Positions 29,665 to 38,160 of a DNA stretch of 64,000 nucleotides are shown piece by piece. Each line of letters starts with the position of its first letter. The first letter of the stretch is position 1. A program made the position numbers and the translations under genes. The stretch is from a virus. The notes beneath the pieces were generated by a model. The model did no database searches. It saw only the letters and a program-made list of their open reading frames with translations, and had not been told where the DNA came from. The stretch lies in IMG/VR virus record IMGVR_UViG_3300009163_003337, positions 18,395-82,394 of that record; one strand, 5' to 3'.

Positions 29665-30420
29665 ATGAATAATTTAAATAAATTATTTGAAAAGTATTAT
29701 AGAATACTTAACGAACAAGAGCCGCAAGAAGGAGATATACCTACAGCAACAGGTGATCAACAACAAGCAGTTGATACACCTGTTGATCAAGATAATCAAC
29801 AACCACCGGAGCCAGAAATTATAGTCACTCCAGGTGAGAAATATATTATAAATATTTTAATAAGTGCTTTTTGCTTTGACAAATCGAAGCTTACCAAGCC
29901 GCAATTAATAGAGGTTCGTAATTTAACTAGTAAAATTAATGACCTAAAGGGAAGTTCAATCGCTACCTCAATAGATCTAATTAAGCAGATTTTAAAATTA
30001 CAACCAAATACCGTTGTTAGGGAATTTAAAACACTTAATTTAATTAAACGTTATATACTAATAATTGATCAATCACTTGATGCTACAGATCTCAATAACT
30101 CACAACCTACTAATACAGTAGATCAACCTCTTAAAAATTTTAATAATAGACCTGAAGTGGGGGAATTGGAATTATCTAGACTTTGGCCGCAATATAGTGA
30201 TTTAATAATATCAGCAATAGAACACATACCGACAGTTAGCGATTTTTTAATATTAAGGCCAAGTATTAATAAGTTTATTGAAGAAGATCCAATAGAATTA
30301 GTTACTGTAATTAAAGACCTTCTAACATTCCGTAGCAGTGAGGTAACCGATAAACGAGACAAGTTGCCTGACCCGGATATTGATTCTCCTACCTCAGATC
30401 TGCCTTTAGATTCTCTATAA
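29665..30420 (+). CDS. late protein with internal-protein-like N-terminus and acidic linker
   Basis: AATAAATA upstream; LFEKYYRILNEQ; Q/D/P-rich linker. Confidence 0.7.
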   Translation: MNNLNKLFEKYYRILNEQEPQEGDIPTATGDQQQAVDTPVDQDNQQPPEPEIIVTPGEKYIINILISAFCFDKSKLTKPQLIEVRNLTSKINDLKGSSIATSIDLIKQILKLQPNTVVREFKTLNLIKRYILIIDQSLDATDLNNSQPTNTVDQPLKNFNNRPEVGELELSRLWPQYSDLIISAIEHIPTVSDFLILRPSINKFIEEDPIELVTVIKDLLTFRSSEVTDKRDKLPDPDIDSPTSDLPLDSL

Positions 30421-30421
30421 T

Positions 30422-30509
30422 ATGCCTAATCGTAAATTAACAACTATTTATAGCAGCTTTAGACACATCGCAAACAGATATTGAAAACGAAATAGCTAAG
30501 TATGATTAA
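30422..30509 (+). pseudogene. gene remnant: N-terminal MPNRKLTTIYS fused out of frame to C-terminal AALDTSQTDIENEIAKYD*
   Basis: both peptides resemble the termini of ORF 31855-32964; stop overlaps next ATG by 8 nt. Confidence 0.5.
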
Positions 30510-31305
30510 TTTTAAAGAATATTACCGTGTTATAGTCGAAGGAGGAAATATATTTACTGTAGATCCTACAGTACGTATTCAATTAGCATATATTAAACCA
30601 ACAGTTGATATGCTTTCAAATATTGTTAATATTAAAAATCTTGATAACTGTTTGTTGGGTAGTACTGGAAAAAGAGAGTCCTCAGGTGATTTAGATATAG
30701 CAATTGACAGTAAAAAATATACTAAAGATGAAATAACAAACTTATTAATTAAGTGGTGTGAAGATCCAGAGCGTAATTTTGTACCTAAATATTATATTGC
30801 TAGAGCCGGGGATAGTAAAAGTTGGCTCCGAGCATCTGGAGATCAGCTACACTTTAGAACACCTATAGTAGGTTTAGATGGTCAGTTTGTACAAACAGAC
30901 TTCATGTTTGTACAAGATATTAAATGGGCTAAATTTGTATTAGCTAATGATGAAGCAAGTCCTTATAACGGTAAACACAGAGGTGTAATATTATCAACTC
31001 TTGCTAAGAATATTAACTGTAAGTGGAGTGGTTTAAAGAGTATAACAAATAGAACATCAGGAGCGGTTGTTGAGGGTTCAAATCCAGATAGAGTTGCTCA
31101 AATACTACTAGGCGATAAGAATGCTAAGAAAGGTAACCTTAAGACAATTCCAAACATCCTATCATTTCTATATAAAAAATATAATGATGTAGAGGTAGTT
31201 TTAAACATATTAGTTGCCGCGCGACAGATAATACTTAAAGACGGTTTAGATATAGCTACATTACTACCACAGCAAAAATTAAAAGCAAAGGTAGAAAATG
31301 ATTAA
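30502..31305 (+). CDS. Pol-beta superfamily nucleotidyltransferase
   Basis: LLGSTGK..SSGDLDIAID plus downstream QTDFM third Asp. Confidence 0.8.
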   Translation: MINFKEYYRVIVEGGNIFTVDPTVRIQLAYIKPTVDMLSNIVNIKNLDNCLLGSTGKRESSGDLDIAIDSKKYTKDEITNLLIKWCEDPERNFVPKYYIARAGDSKSWLRASGDQLHFRTPIVGLDGQFVQTDFMFVQDIKWAKFVLANDEASPYNGKHRGVILSTLAKNINCKWSGLKSITNRTSGAVVEGSNPDRVAQILLGDKNAKKGNLKTIPNILSFLYKKYNDVEVVLNILVAARQIILKDGLDIATLLPQQKLKAKVEND

Positions 31306-31840
31306 CTTTAAACAATTTTTCGAACAGCTACAAAATGTAGAGACAATAGCTGTCTTACCAGGAGGTTTTAAACCACCTACAAAAGGACATTTTTTAGCAT
31401 TAGAAAATATTTTACAAGATGCTAATAAGGGAGTTATTTTTATAGGTAAGAGTCCTCGTGACGGTATAGATCAAGAAATGTCATATCAAATATGGTCTAT
31501 TTACAAACCCTATCTTTCAAAGCCTGTTGAAATTGTTAAGAGTGATGTTACACCTGTTAAATCTACCTATGATCTTGCTACTGAACATACTAACGTTAAT
31601 ATAATTGTTGGAGCAGGCTCAAAAGATAACGATATAATGAGATATAATTATTTTATTAAAAATACGGAGAAATATCCTCATGTTGTTGTGACTCCTATTA
31701 ACATTCAAGGAGGTAATATTAGTGGAACTAAAGTTAGAGATATGATACTTTCGAAAGATCCTAATGTAGTTAATTATTTTGTGCCAGACAATATTAAGGA
31801 AACAGATAGAGAAAGAATTAAGAATATACTTAATATATAA
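31298..31840 (+). CDS. HxGH nucleotidyltransferase (cytidylyltransferase/NMNAT/PPAT-like)
   Basis: PGGFKPPTKGH and ISGTKVR motifs. Confidence 0.85.
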   Translation: MINFKQFFEQLQNVETIAVLPGGFKPPTKGHFLALENILQDANKGVIFIGKSPRDGIDQEMSYQIWSIYKPYLSKPVEIVKSDVTPVKSTYDLATEHTNVNIIVGAGSKDNDIMRYNYFIKNTEKYPHVVVTPINIQGGNISGTKVRDMILSKDPNVVNYFVPDNIKETDRERIKNILNI

Positions 31841-31854
31841 ATATTATATTAGCA

Positions 31855-32964
31855 ATGCATAATAAACAACTATCAAATATTTATAGTAAAGGAGTCCTTG
31901 GTAATTTCATCAAGAAACCTCTATATCTACGCGTTTTAGGTGAAGCAGACGAAAAAATTAAAAAGTATAGTAAGCGTGAATTAGCGATAATTATTGCAGC
32001 TAAAGATCCAAATTTAACTGTAGGTTCTTGCAGTAAAGATACACGGGTTCAGCCAAAAGGTCCATATGATGTAACTAAATTTATTCAGACATTAGAAGAT
32101 GCTAAACTATCAATTGTTAAGATAGTTAAGCCGGGTGAGGATGGATCTACTTCTAGTCTACTTCGTACATATATTGTACAAGACGAAAACGAAAATGAAT
32201 ATCCCGTTGTATTAGGCAAGGGTAAAGGTTTTGGTACAAGGGATGAAAATTTTGTTCTAGATAATTTAAAGGAACAAATAAAATCTCTATTAATACAAGA
32301 TGATACTGATTACATTACTATTGAGATAAATGGTGAGAGTCAAAAAGTTGACGGTATTGAAACTACCCCAAAAACCCCAAAGAGTGATTTTAATTTTACT
32401 TACAAAGGTAAACCAGTATTATTTATCTCACATAAAGCAGGTAAAAAAGCCTCTGACTACCAGCAATACGGAGGAATGACATGTAAAGCAGGTAAGGATA
32501 TATGTCAACATGAAGAGATAGAGGATTTTGTTGATCAGATTAAAGAGAGATATGCAGACGGTATGCCTCCTGGTAAGTCTTTATGGAAGAGGATTAGAGA
32601 TCCTAAGCTTAAAAAACTTTCTCTTTTTGGTCCGGATTACGGTGAAAAATACGGAGAAGATAATGTTAATGGCTTGTATCAAGGTAATATAAAAATTGTT
32701 CCAGCTGATAATGATACATATAAACTTGAAGCACATCATATTATATACAATGACGATATACCAGATGGAGAATACGAGCCAGTATTATACGCAAGATATA
32801 GTGGATCAAGAGGCGGTAATCACGGAATTAAAGATTTAAGAACTGCAATTTTACCAATAGCAAAAATATCTAAAAATACACAAGATGTTAAATTAAACAA
32901 GGCTAATATTAATGCATTAGATAATACCGAGTCTAAAATAGAGGACTTATTGTTAAATAACTAG
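31855..32964 (+). CDS. PD-(D/E)xK restriction-endonuclease-like protein
   Basis: TPKSDF....FISHK...YQQYGG; TATAAATA 31836-31843. Confidence 0.7.
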   Translation: MHNKQLSNIYSKGVLGNFIKKPLYLRVLGEADEKIKKYSKRELAIIIAAKDPNLTVGSCSKDTRVQPKGPYDVTKFIQTLEDAKLSIVKIVKPGEDGSTSSLLRTYIVQDENENEYPVVLGKGKGFGTRDENFVLDNLKEQIKSLLIQDDTDYITIEINGESQKVDGIETTPKTPKSDFNFTYKGKPVLFISHKAGKKASDYQQYGGMTCKAGKDICQHEEIEDFVDQIKERYADGMPPGKSLWKRIRDPKLKKLSLFGPDYGEKYGEDNVNGLYQGNIKIVPADNDTYKLEAHHIIYNDDIPDGEYEPVLYARYSGSRGGNHGIKDLRTAILPIAKISKNTQDVKLNKANINALDNTESKIEDLLLNN

Positions 32965-32982
32965 AATAGCATAAATAGTATT

Positions 32983-33474
32983 ATGCTAAAACGTAGAGAT
33001 CAAAATTTGTTATCAGAAGCTTACGGTCAAGTAGGTGGCTGTGATCTAAGTGCTCCGAGCTTAATGGGTAAGCCTGTTATGATAACAATGGATATGCCAG
33101 GCACAGAGGTATATAATAGTCATGATCATAACCATGATCACGAGCACAATAGTGAAGAGCAGGATCCAAGCGAAATAGAAATGGCATTATCTGAGCTACA
33201 TAAGCTTGCAGAATATGCGCCAAAGTTAAAGGAGATCGTTGAGGATCTACCTTCTCTCGAAGGTTGGGTATCCTCGAAAATAACAAAAGCATCGGACTAT
33301 ATTTCATCTGTTTATCACTGGCTTGAGTACCAGCAACACGAAGGTTGCGGAGAACATAGTCAAGAAATGTTCAATACAGGTAGTGAAGACTCAGGCTGTG
33401 AATATGCGAAGCAAGGGTGTGAGTGTGGAGGATGTAGTGATTGTGGAGGATGTAGTGATTGTACCTATGATTAA
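32983..33474 (+). CDS. late protein with His-rich tract, helical domain and Cys-rich tail
   Basis: CATAAATA upstream; DQNLLSEAY; HDHNHDHEH; LEGWVSSKITKASDYI; CECGGCSDCGGCSDC. Confidence 0.75.
   Translation: MLKRRDQNLLSEAYGQVGGCDLSAPSLMGKPVMITMDMPGTEVYNSHDHNHDHEHNSEEQDPSEIEMALSELHKLAEYAPKLKEIVEDLPSLEGWVSSKITKASDYISSVYHWLEYQQHEGCGEHSQEMFNTGSEDSGCEYAKQGCECGGCSDCGGCSDCTYD
33424..33459 (+). repeat. perfect 18-bp tandem duplication TGTGGAGGATGTAGTGAT
   Basis: two exact copies encoding CGGCSD. Confidence 0.9.
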
Positions 33475-33901
33475 TTTTAAAAATTTTTTCGAAAAGACGG
33501 TTATAGGTCTCATTGAGGTAATGAGTATCGAGGGTATCGGGTCTATTAAAGTTAAAATAGATTCAGGTAACGGAGCCTATAATGTAATACACGGTGATGA
33601 TCTCACTATACAAGGTTCAAAAGTTTCTTTTACTACTATTAATGGAAAACGACTAATAAAGGATGTAGAGGATACTATAAGCATTAATGTAGGAGCTGGT
33701 CATACAGAAGAACGCCCAGTGGTTAAATTTAGAGTTAAATTTGCCGGTACAGAATTTGAAAATATACCTTTTAGTATAGGTAACAGAGAAGCTAATGAAT
33801 ATAAAGTCCTTGTTGGTAAGGATTTTATTAAGCAGCTTGATGCTTTAATTGATGTAAATTCAAACAATATTGCGAATAATCAAATTGAAGTTAAATATTA
33901 A
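33467..33901 (+). CDS. retropepsin-like aspartic protease (RimK-associated type)
   Basis: VKIDSGNG, EERPVV, FSIGNR...VLVGKDF; true start MINFK at 33467. Confidence 0.8.
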   Translation: MINFKNFFEKTVIGLIEVMSIEGIGSIKVKIDSGNGAYNVIHGDDLTIQGSKVSFTTINGKRLIKDVEDTISINVGAGHTEERPVVKFRVKFAGTEFENIPFSIGNREANEYKVLVGKDFIKQLDALIDVNSNNIANNQIEVKY

Positions 33902-34428
33902 TACCAATTAGGTTGCTCTCTTGTTGTCCAGGTAGCAAATTCTTTATCGTTTATAATATAGGAGCGATATTGATCGATAACACTTAATTGATTAAAATTA
34001 GGTAATTTACGACAATTACAATCTACACCAATAGCTACAGCATATGGTGTAAGCTCGGTTTGTGTTGTAATGATATTATGTATATTGTCCTTACACCACT
34101 TAATAAACGTTTTAGTAAAGTGCTCATTAGAATTAGGCCAGCGATACATTCGCTCATTAAACATTTCAAGCGTATGATCAGTCAACCATTCAAAATTAGC
34201 TTTTGTTTCTCTTGTCCAAATAGAGCACTGATGCTTAGCATAGCCTTTACCAGCCTTTCTTGGTTTACCGGATTGCGTTCTAGGTGTAGATGGGTGATCT
34301 AACAATTCTTGCGGAAATGCATGCGCTAACATAATAGCTCCTTCAATTTGCATTTTAGATTTTACATGCTGATCACAAAGATCCCGTGCTGCTAACACGG
34401 GATCATCGTTAGTTACAAAAATATTCAT
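33898..34428 (-). CDS. pyrimidine-dimer DNA glycosylase/endonuclease V-like protein
   Basis: MNIF..DP..AA...CDQH..KM..E...ML, HQCSIW, YRSY. Confidence 0.8.
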   Translation of the reverse strand: MNIFVTNDDPVLAARDLCDQHVKSKMQIEGAIMLAHAFPQELLDHPSTPRTQSGKPRKAGKGYAKHQCSIWTRETKANFEWLTDHTLEMFNERMYRWPNSNEHFTKTFIKWCKDNIHNIITTQTELTPYAVAIGVDCNCRKLPNFNQLSVIDQYRSYIINDKEFATWTTREQPNWY

Positions 34429-34450
34429 AACTCATAATATGTAAGTTCCT

Positions 34451-35119
34451 TTACTTTGTAGAAGCCATATCGATAAACTTATAAAGCTCGGTACGAGTCT
34501 TTTCATCGGTAAGAAAATCACCTGTAAGTTTAGATGTAATCATAAAACAACCATCATGTCTTACTCCTCTATTACACGCGCATGTATGTTGAGCTTTAAG
34601 AACTACAGCCACACCTAGATTACCTTCACAAGCTATATTGACAGCATCAGCAATTTGTTTTGTTAACATTTCTTGGATTTGAGGTCTACGAGCATAAAAC
34701 TCAACAATACGATTGAGCTTACTAAGACCGATAACCTTACCATCTAGACTCGGAATATATGCAAGATGAGCAACACCAGTAAAGGCTAAATGATGATGTG
34801 AACAAAGAGACTTTACAGGAATATTACACTGTGCAACAATCCCATCATAACCATCATTAGGAAATGCAGTTACATCAGGTTGACTATCATAACAACCGGT
34901 CGCAATATCATTAACGAATGCCTTAGCGACACGCATAGGGGTATTATCTGAATTAGGATCATTCCGCCAATCAAACCCAAGTGCATCCATATATTTTTCA
35001 TATGCTTTTGCTGCACGCTTAATAATAGCTTGCTTTTCTCTTTCTGTTCTTGGAGCGTTACCATTAGCATATGGTAATTTAACTAGGTCACCAATCTCAA
35101 CGTGTTCTAAATCTTCCAT
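34451..35119 (-). CDS. folE: GTP cyclohydrolase I
   Basis: [36 protein letters not shown]. Confidence 0.96.
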   Translation of the reverse strand: MEDLEHVEIGDLVKLPYANGNAPRTEREKQAIIKRAAKAYEKYMDALGFDWRNDPNSDNTPMRVAKAFVNDIATGCYDSQPDVTAFPNDGYDGIVAQCNIPVKSLCSHHHLAFTGVAHLAYIPSLDGKVIGLSKLNRIVEFYARRPQIQEMLTKQIADAVNIACEGNLGVAVVLKAQHTCACNRGVRHDGCFMITSKLTGDFLTDEKTRTELYKFIDMASTK

Positions 35120-35126
35120 ATTAATG

Positions 35127-35154
35127 ATTATAAATCATAATTTATCGATTTCAA
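35127..35154 (-). promoter_or_regulatory. sigma70-like promoter of folE (TTGAAA-16-TATAAT)
   Basis: -10 box ends 7 nt before the start codon. Confidence 0.6.
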
Positions 35155-35168
35155 CTATAAATACTAAT

Positions 35169-35789
35169 ATGCGTAAGCTTTCACAAAGAGAATTATTAGA
35201 AGAAAAATGGGGCGACTATTTTAGAGGTTTTGGTAAAGCTGCTGCAAGAAAAGCTCTTGCAGCAACTAAGGGTATAATTAGAACTATTTCACCTACAGGC
35301 GCTAAAATTCTAAGTTCTGCTGCTGATGCTGTTGGCGCAACAGCTGCTAATATTCTTGGATCAAGTCCAAAAAACGCGTTAGAAACGTTTTTAAAAAGAC
35401 CAGAAAACCAACACTTATTTAAGACATATGAAATAATTAAAGAAACAAATTTACCAAACGGTGATAGATCCATAGAACTCACAGGTGAATTTATTCATCC
35501 ACAAACATTTGCTATATCAAATATTACAACAAATATTGTATTTCGTCGTGTTGATAGTGGAGGAATTAGTCCAGAGAAATGGAAGTGTATAAGTAAATTT
35601 AATAACCAAACCGGGCAATTTAGTATAGAATCAACCCCACCAGCTACAGCACCTGCTACGACAGCGACACCTACGACTGCTACGCCACCACCAGCTACGA
35701 CAGCAGCTAACGGAAGACAACTAAGCCAGACTCCAAGTGCAATAAGAAGTAGAAATGCTAGAGCAGCAGCAAGAGCAGCAGCACCTTAG
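35169..35789 (+). CDS. late protein with internal-protein-like N-terminus and A/T/P-rich tail
   Basis: TATAAATA 35156-35163; MRKLSQRELLEE. Confidence 0.7.
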   Translation: MRKLSQRELLEEKWGDYFRGFGKAAARKALAATKGIIRTISPTGAKILSSAADAVGATAANILGSSPKNALETFLKRPENQHLFKTYEIIKETNLPNGDRSIELTGEFIHPQTFAISNITTNIVFRRVDSGGISPEKWKCISKFNNQTGQFSIESTPPATAPATTATPTTATPPPATTAANGRQLSQTPSAIRSRNARAAARAAAP

Positions 35790-35805
35790 TATGTTATTTA
35801 GCGAC

Positions 35806-35833
35806 TTGCTTTTTAATATTATATTACTATAAT
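35806..35833 (+). promoter_or_regulatory. sigma70-like promoter of queD (TTGCTT-16-TATAAT)
   Basis: 8 nt upstream of ATG 35842. Confidence 0.6.
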
Positions 35834-35841
35834 GAATATAT

Positions 35842-36501
35842 ATGAAGAAAGTATTTCAATCAGCAAAAGTAATCGAGTTGGGTTCATGTGCATTTAGACA
35901 ATGGCGCGCCACTAGTCATTGTAGATTTCTACACGGATATCAGCTTAAAGCAAAATTGTGGTTTGGTTGTTCTGAGTTAGACAATAAAGGTTGGGTAGTT
36001 GACTTCGGTAGTCTTAAAGCTCTTAAAGATGAACTTAAGAGTATCTATGATCATACTACTACCGTTGCTCTTGATGATCCAGAACTTGAAACTTTTAAAA
36101 AGCTACACGAAAGCGGTATAATTCAGCTATATATTGTTAAGAAGGGAGTCGGCGTTGAACGCACGGCAGAATATGTTTTTGAAATTGCTCAAAAACACAT
36201 TGAATCTATCACAAATGGTCGCTGCTGGGTAGATAAGGTAGAAGTCTTTGAACATGATGAAAACTCTGCTATTTTTAGTAGTTTTGATCATATACCTGCT
36301 CATAAATCAGGATTTACAGGAGTAGTCAATACCGGTGTAATAGATGAAGCAGTAACACAAACAATTAACACATCTAATATAGCCCCGGTTAGCTTTACAT
36401 GTGCTCCACCAGTTGGATTTACTGGCGCAGCACATGTAGGCTCAGGTAGCGTATCAAGCGGAATGGGTAATCCGTTCGCTGGTACTAGTTGGGGTGCTTA
36501 A
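35842..36501 (+). CDS. queD: QueD-like 6-carboxytetrahydropterin synthase with C-terminal extension
   Basis: CAFRQW..SHC..LHGY, WVVDFG.LK, DHT, E.TA, VEVFEH..NSA. Confidence 0.88.
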   Translation: MKKVFQSAKVIELGSCAFRQWRATSHCRFLHGYQLKAKLWFGCSELDNKGWVVDFGSLKALKDELKSIYDHTTTVALDDPELETFKKLHESGIIQLYIVKKGVGVERTAEYVFEIAQKHIESITNGRCWVDKVEVFEHDENSAIFSSFDHIPAHKSGFTGVVNTGVIDEAVTQTINTSNIAPVSFTCAPPVGFTGAAHVGSGSVSSGMGNPFAGTSWGA

Positions 36502-37247
36502 CGCTGTTTTGCTTCTAACACCTTAACAATAAACTTAAGAATCTTACTTCTAACAATTTCAGATTCTCCAAATTCGAATGCGTGGATTCTATGATCCACG
36601 CATTCTTCTGTATTAAAACGATCATACACTTCTTTAAAACCAGATTGGTTTCCAATATCACTCTGATTTAAATCGCCACATATTACATATTTAGTGTTTT
36701 TACCAAAGCGAGTTAATATTGTTACAAGCTCACTTAAAGATAAGTTTTGCGCTTCATCTACGATAACTAATGCATCATTAAAGGTTAAGCCACGTACAAA
36801 GTTAACAGGTACAGCACGAATAATCTCATTAGACTTGAGATTATTACACGTACTAGAATCTGTAATTTCTGTTATTTTCTCTATTAATGGCATTGCATAC
36901 GGAGAAAATTTATCATCAATCTCTCCTGGTAGAGCACCAATACTGCGGGATGCAGATTCAATAACAGATCGAATGTAAATAATACTTGATATTTTCTTCT
37001 CCTTAAGCAATTCAAGACCTGCTAATACAGCAATATATGACTTAGCGGATCCAGCTGGACCTGCTACAAAAGCCATATTTGTTTCATCAGCTTTTATACT
37101 ATTATAAAATTGCTGGTGATTAGTGTTGAAGTGGAAAGGTTTCTTGATTTTAAAATCAAGTATCCAGTTTTTTTGAAAAGAAGCCTCAATTTCTGATACT
37201 TCCTCCAAACCAGCAGACTTGCGCTTGCGCGCCACTTTACGGGTCAT
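36498..37247 (-). CDS. phoH: PhoH-like ATPase
   Basis: GPAGSAKS, IGALPG, VRGLTF, DEAQN, GDLNQSD, IVRS. Confidence 0.95.
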   Translation of the reverse strand: MTRKVARKRKSAGLEEVSEIEASFQKNWILDFKIKKPFHFNTNHQQFYNSIKADETNMAFVAGPAGSAKSYIAVLAGLELLKEKKISSIIYIRSVIESASRSIGALPGEIDDKFSPYAMPLIEKITEITDSSTCNNLKSNEIIRAVPVNFVRGLTFNDALVIVDEAQNLSLSELVTILTRFGKNTKYVICGDLNQSDIGNQSGFKEVYDRFNTEECVDHRIHAFEFGESEIVRSKILKFIVKVLEAKQR

Positions 37248-37351
37248 GTTAATATTATTTAATCAAAACACTTGAAATATTATACTGTTATATAATAATA
37301 CTACTGTTCCTTTTATACAATAGAAGGTTGCTCGATTGTATAAATATTTAC

Positions 37352-38158
37352 ATGATTAAAATGTGTGAACTATATCTTGAGATTGTCAATCTCATTAATA
37401 ATGGATTATCTACTACAAAGATAGCTAAAATTATAGGTAAAAGCAATCCAACAGTACTAAAGATTGTAAGGCAGAATGATAACGAGAGTGTAATTTCTAA
37501 GCTACAATTAAATAATAACTATAGTCGAGCTGCTGGATTTCGCGCTTCAAGTGGTCATGCGAGAGGTAAAACATACGAAGAAATTTATGGAGATAAAGCT
37601 GACATAATGAGGGAAAAGCGTCGCATGTGGCTGACGACAAACAATATAAGACCTTTAGGTAATACATACGAGGAAATGTTTGGAAAAGAATTAGCAAGCC
37701 TTTTAAAACTAAAAAGAAGTGAATGGCTTAAAGGTAATAACATAAGACCTGAGGGTGCTACATATGAGGAAATGTATGGAGAGGAAATTGCTGAACGGCT
37801 TCGTAAAAAAAGAAGTGTGTGGATGAAGGAGAATCATGTATATGTTAGAGGGTTTGTTAGTAGGCTTAGCAAGCCGCAAGCTCAATTATATGATATTATT
37901 AAGGAAACTTTTGAAGATGCTGAAATTGAGTATCCTGTTAAAGTGGATACAGGTAGATATATTTGGTTAGACATTGCTATCCCTAGTAAAATGATCAACG
38001 TAGAGTATGACGGATTGTATTGGCACAATAAAGAGGAGGATGAAAAACGAGATAAGTTTTTAAGAAGTCGTGGTTGGAATGTGTATAGGATTCAATCATT
38101 TAAAAATTTAACAGAGTCGGAGTTGAAAACTGAATTTAATAATCTACAATTAATTTAA
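37352..38158 (+). mobile_element. free-standing Vsr/DUF559-like endonuclease with repeated DNA-binding motifs (putative homing endonuclease)
   Basis: HTH-like start, three G.TYEE(I/M)(Y/F)G repeats, SKPQ..LDIA..VEYDGLYWH..RD..L...GW; TATAAATA 37339-37346. Confidence 0.75.
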
Positions 38159-38160
38159 TT

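Noticed and set aside
35640-35789. GC-richer repeat-like tract
   Set aside because: Explained by the Ala/Thr/Pro low-complexity protein tail
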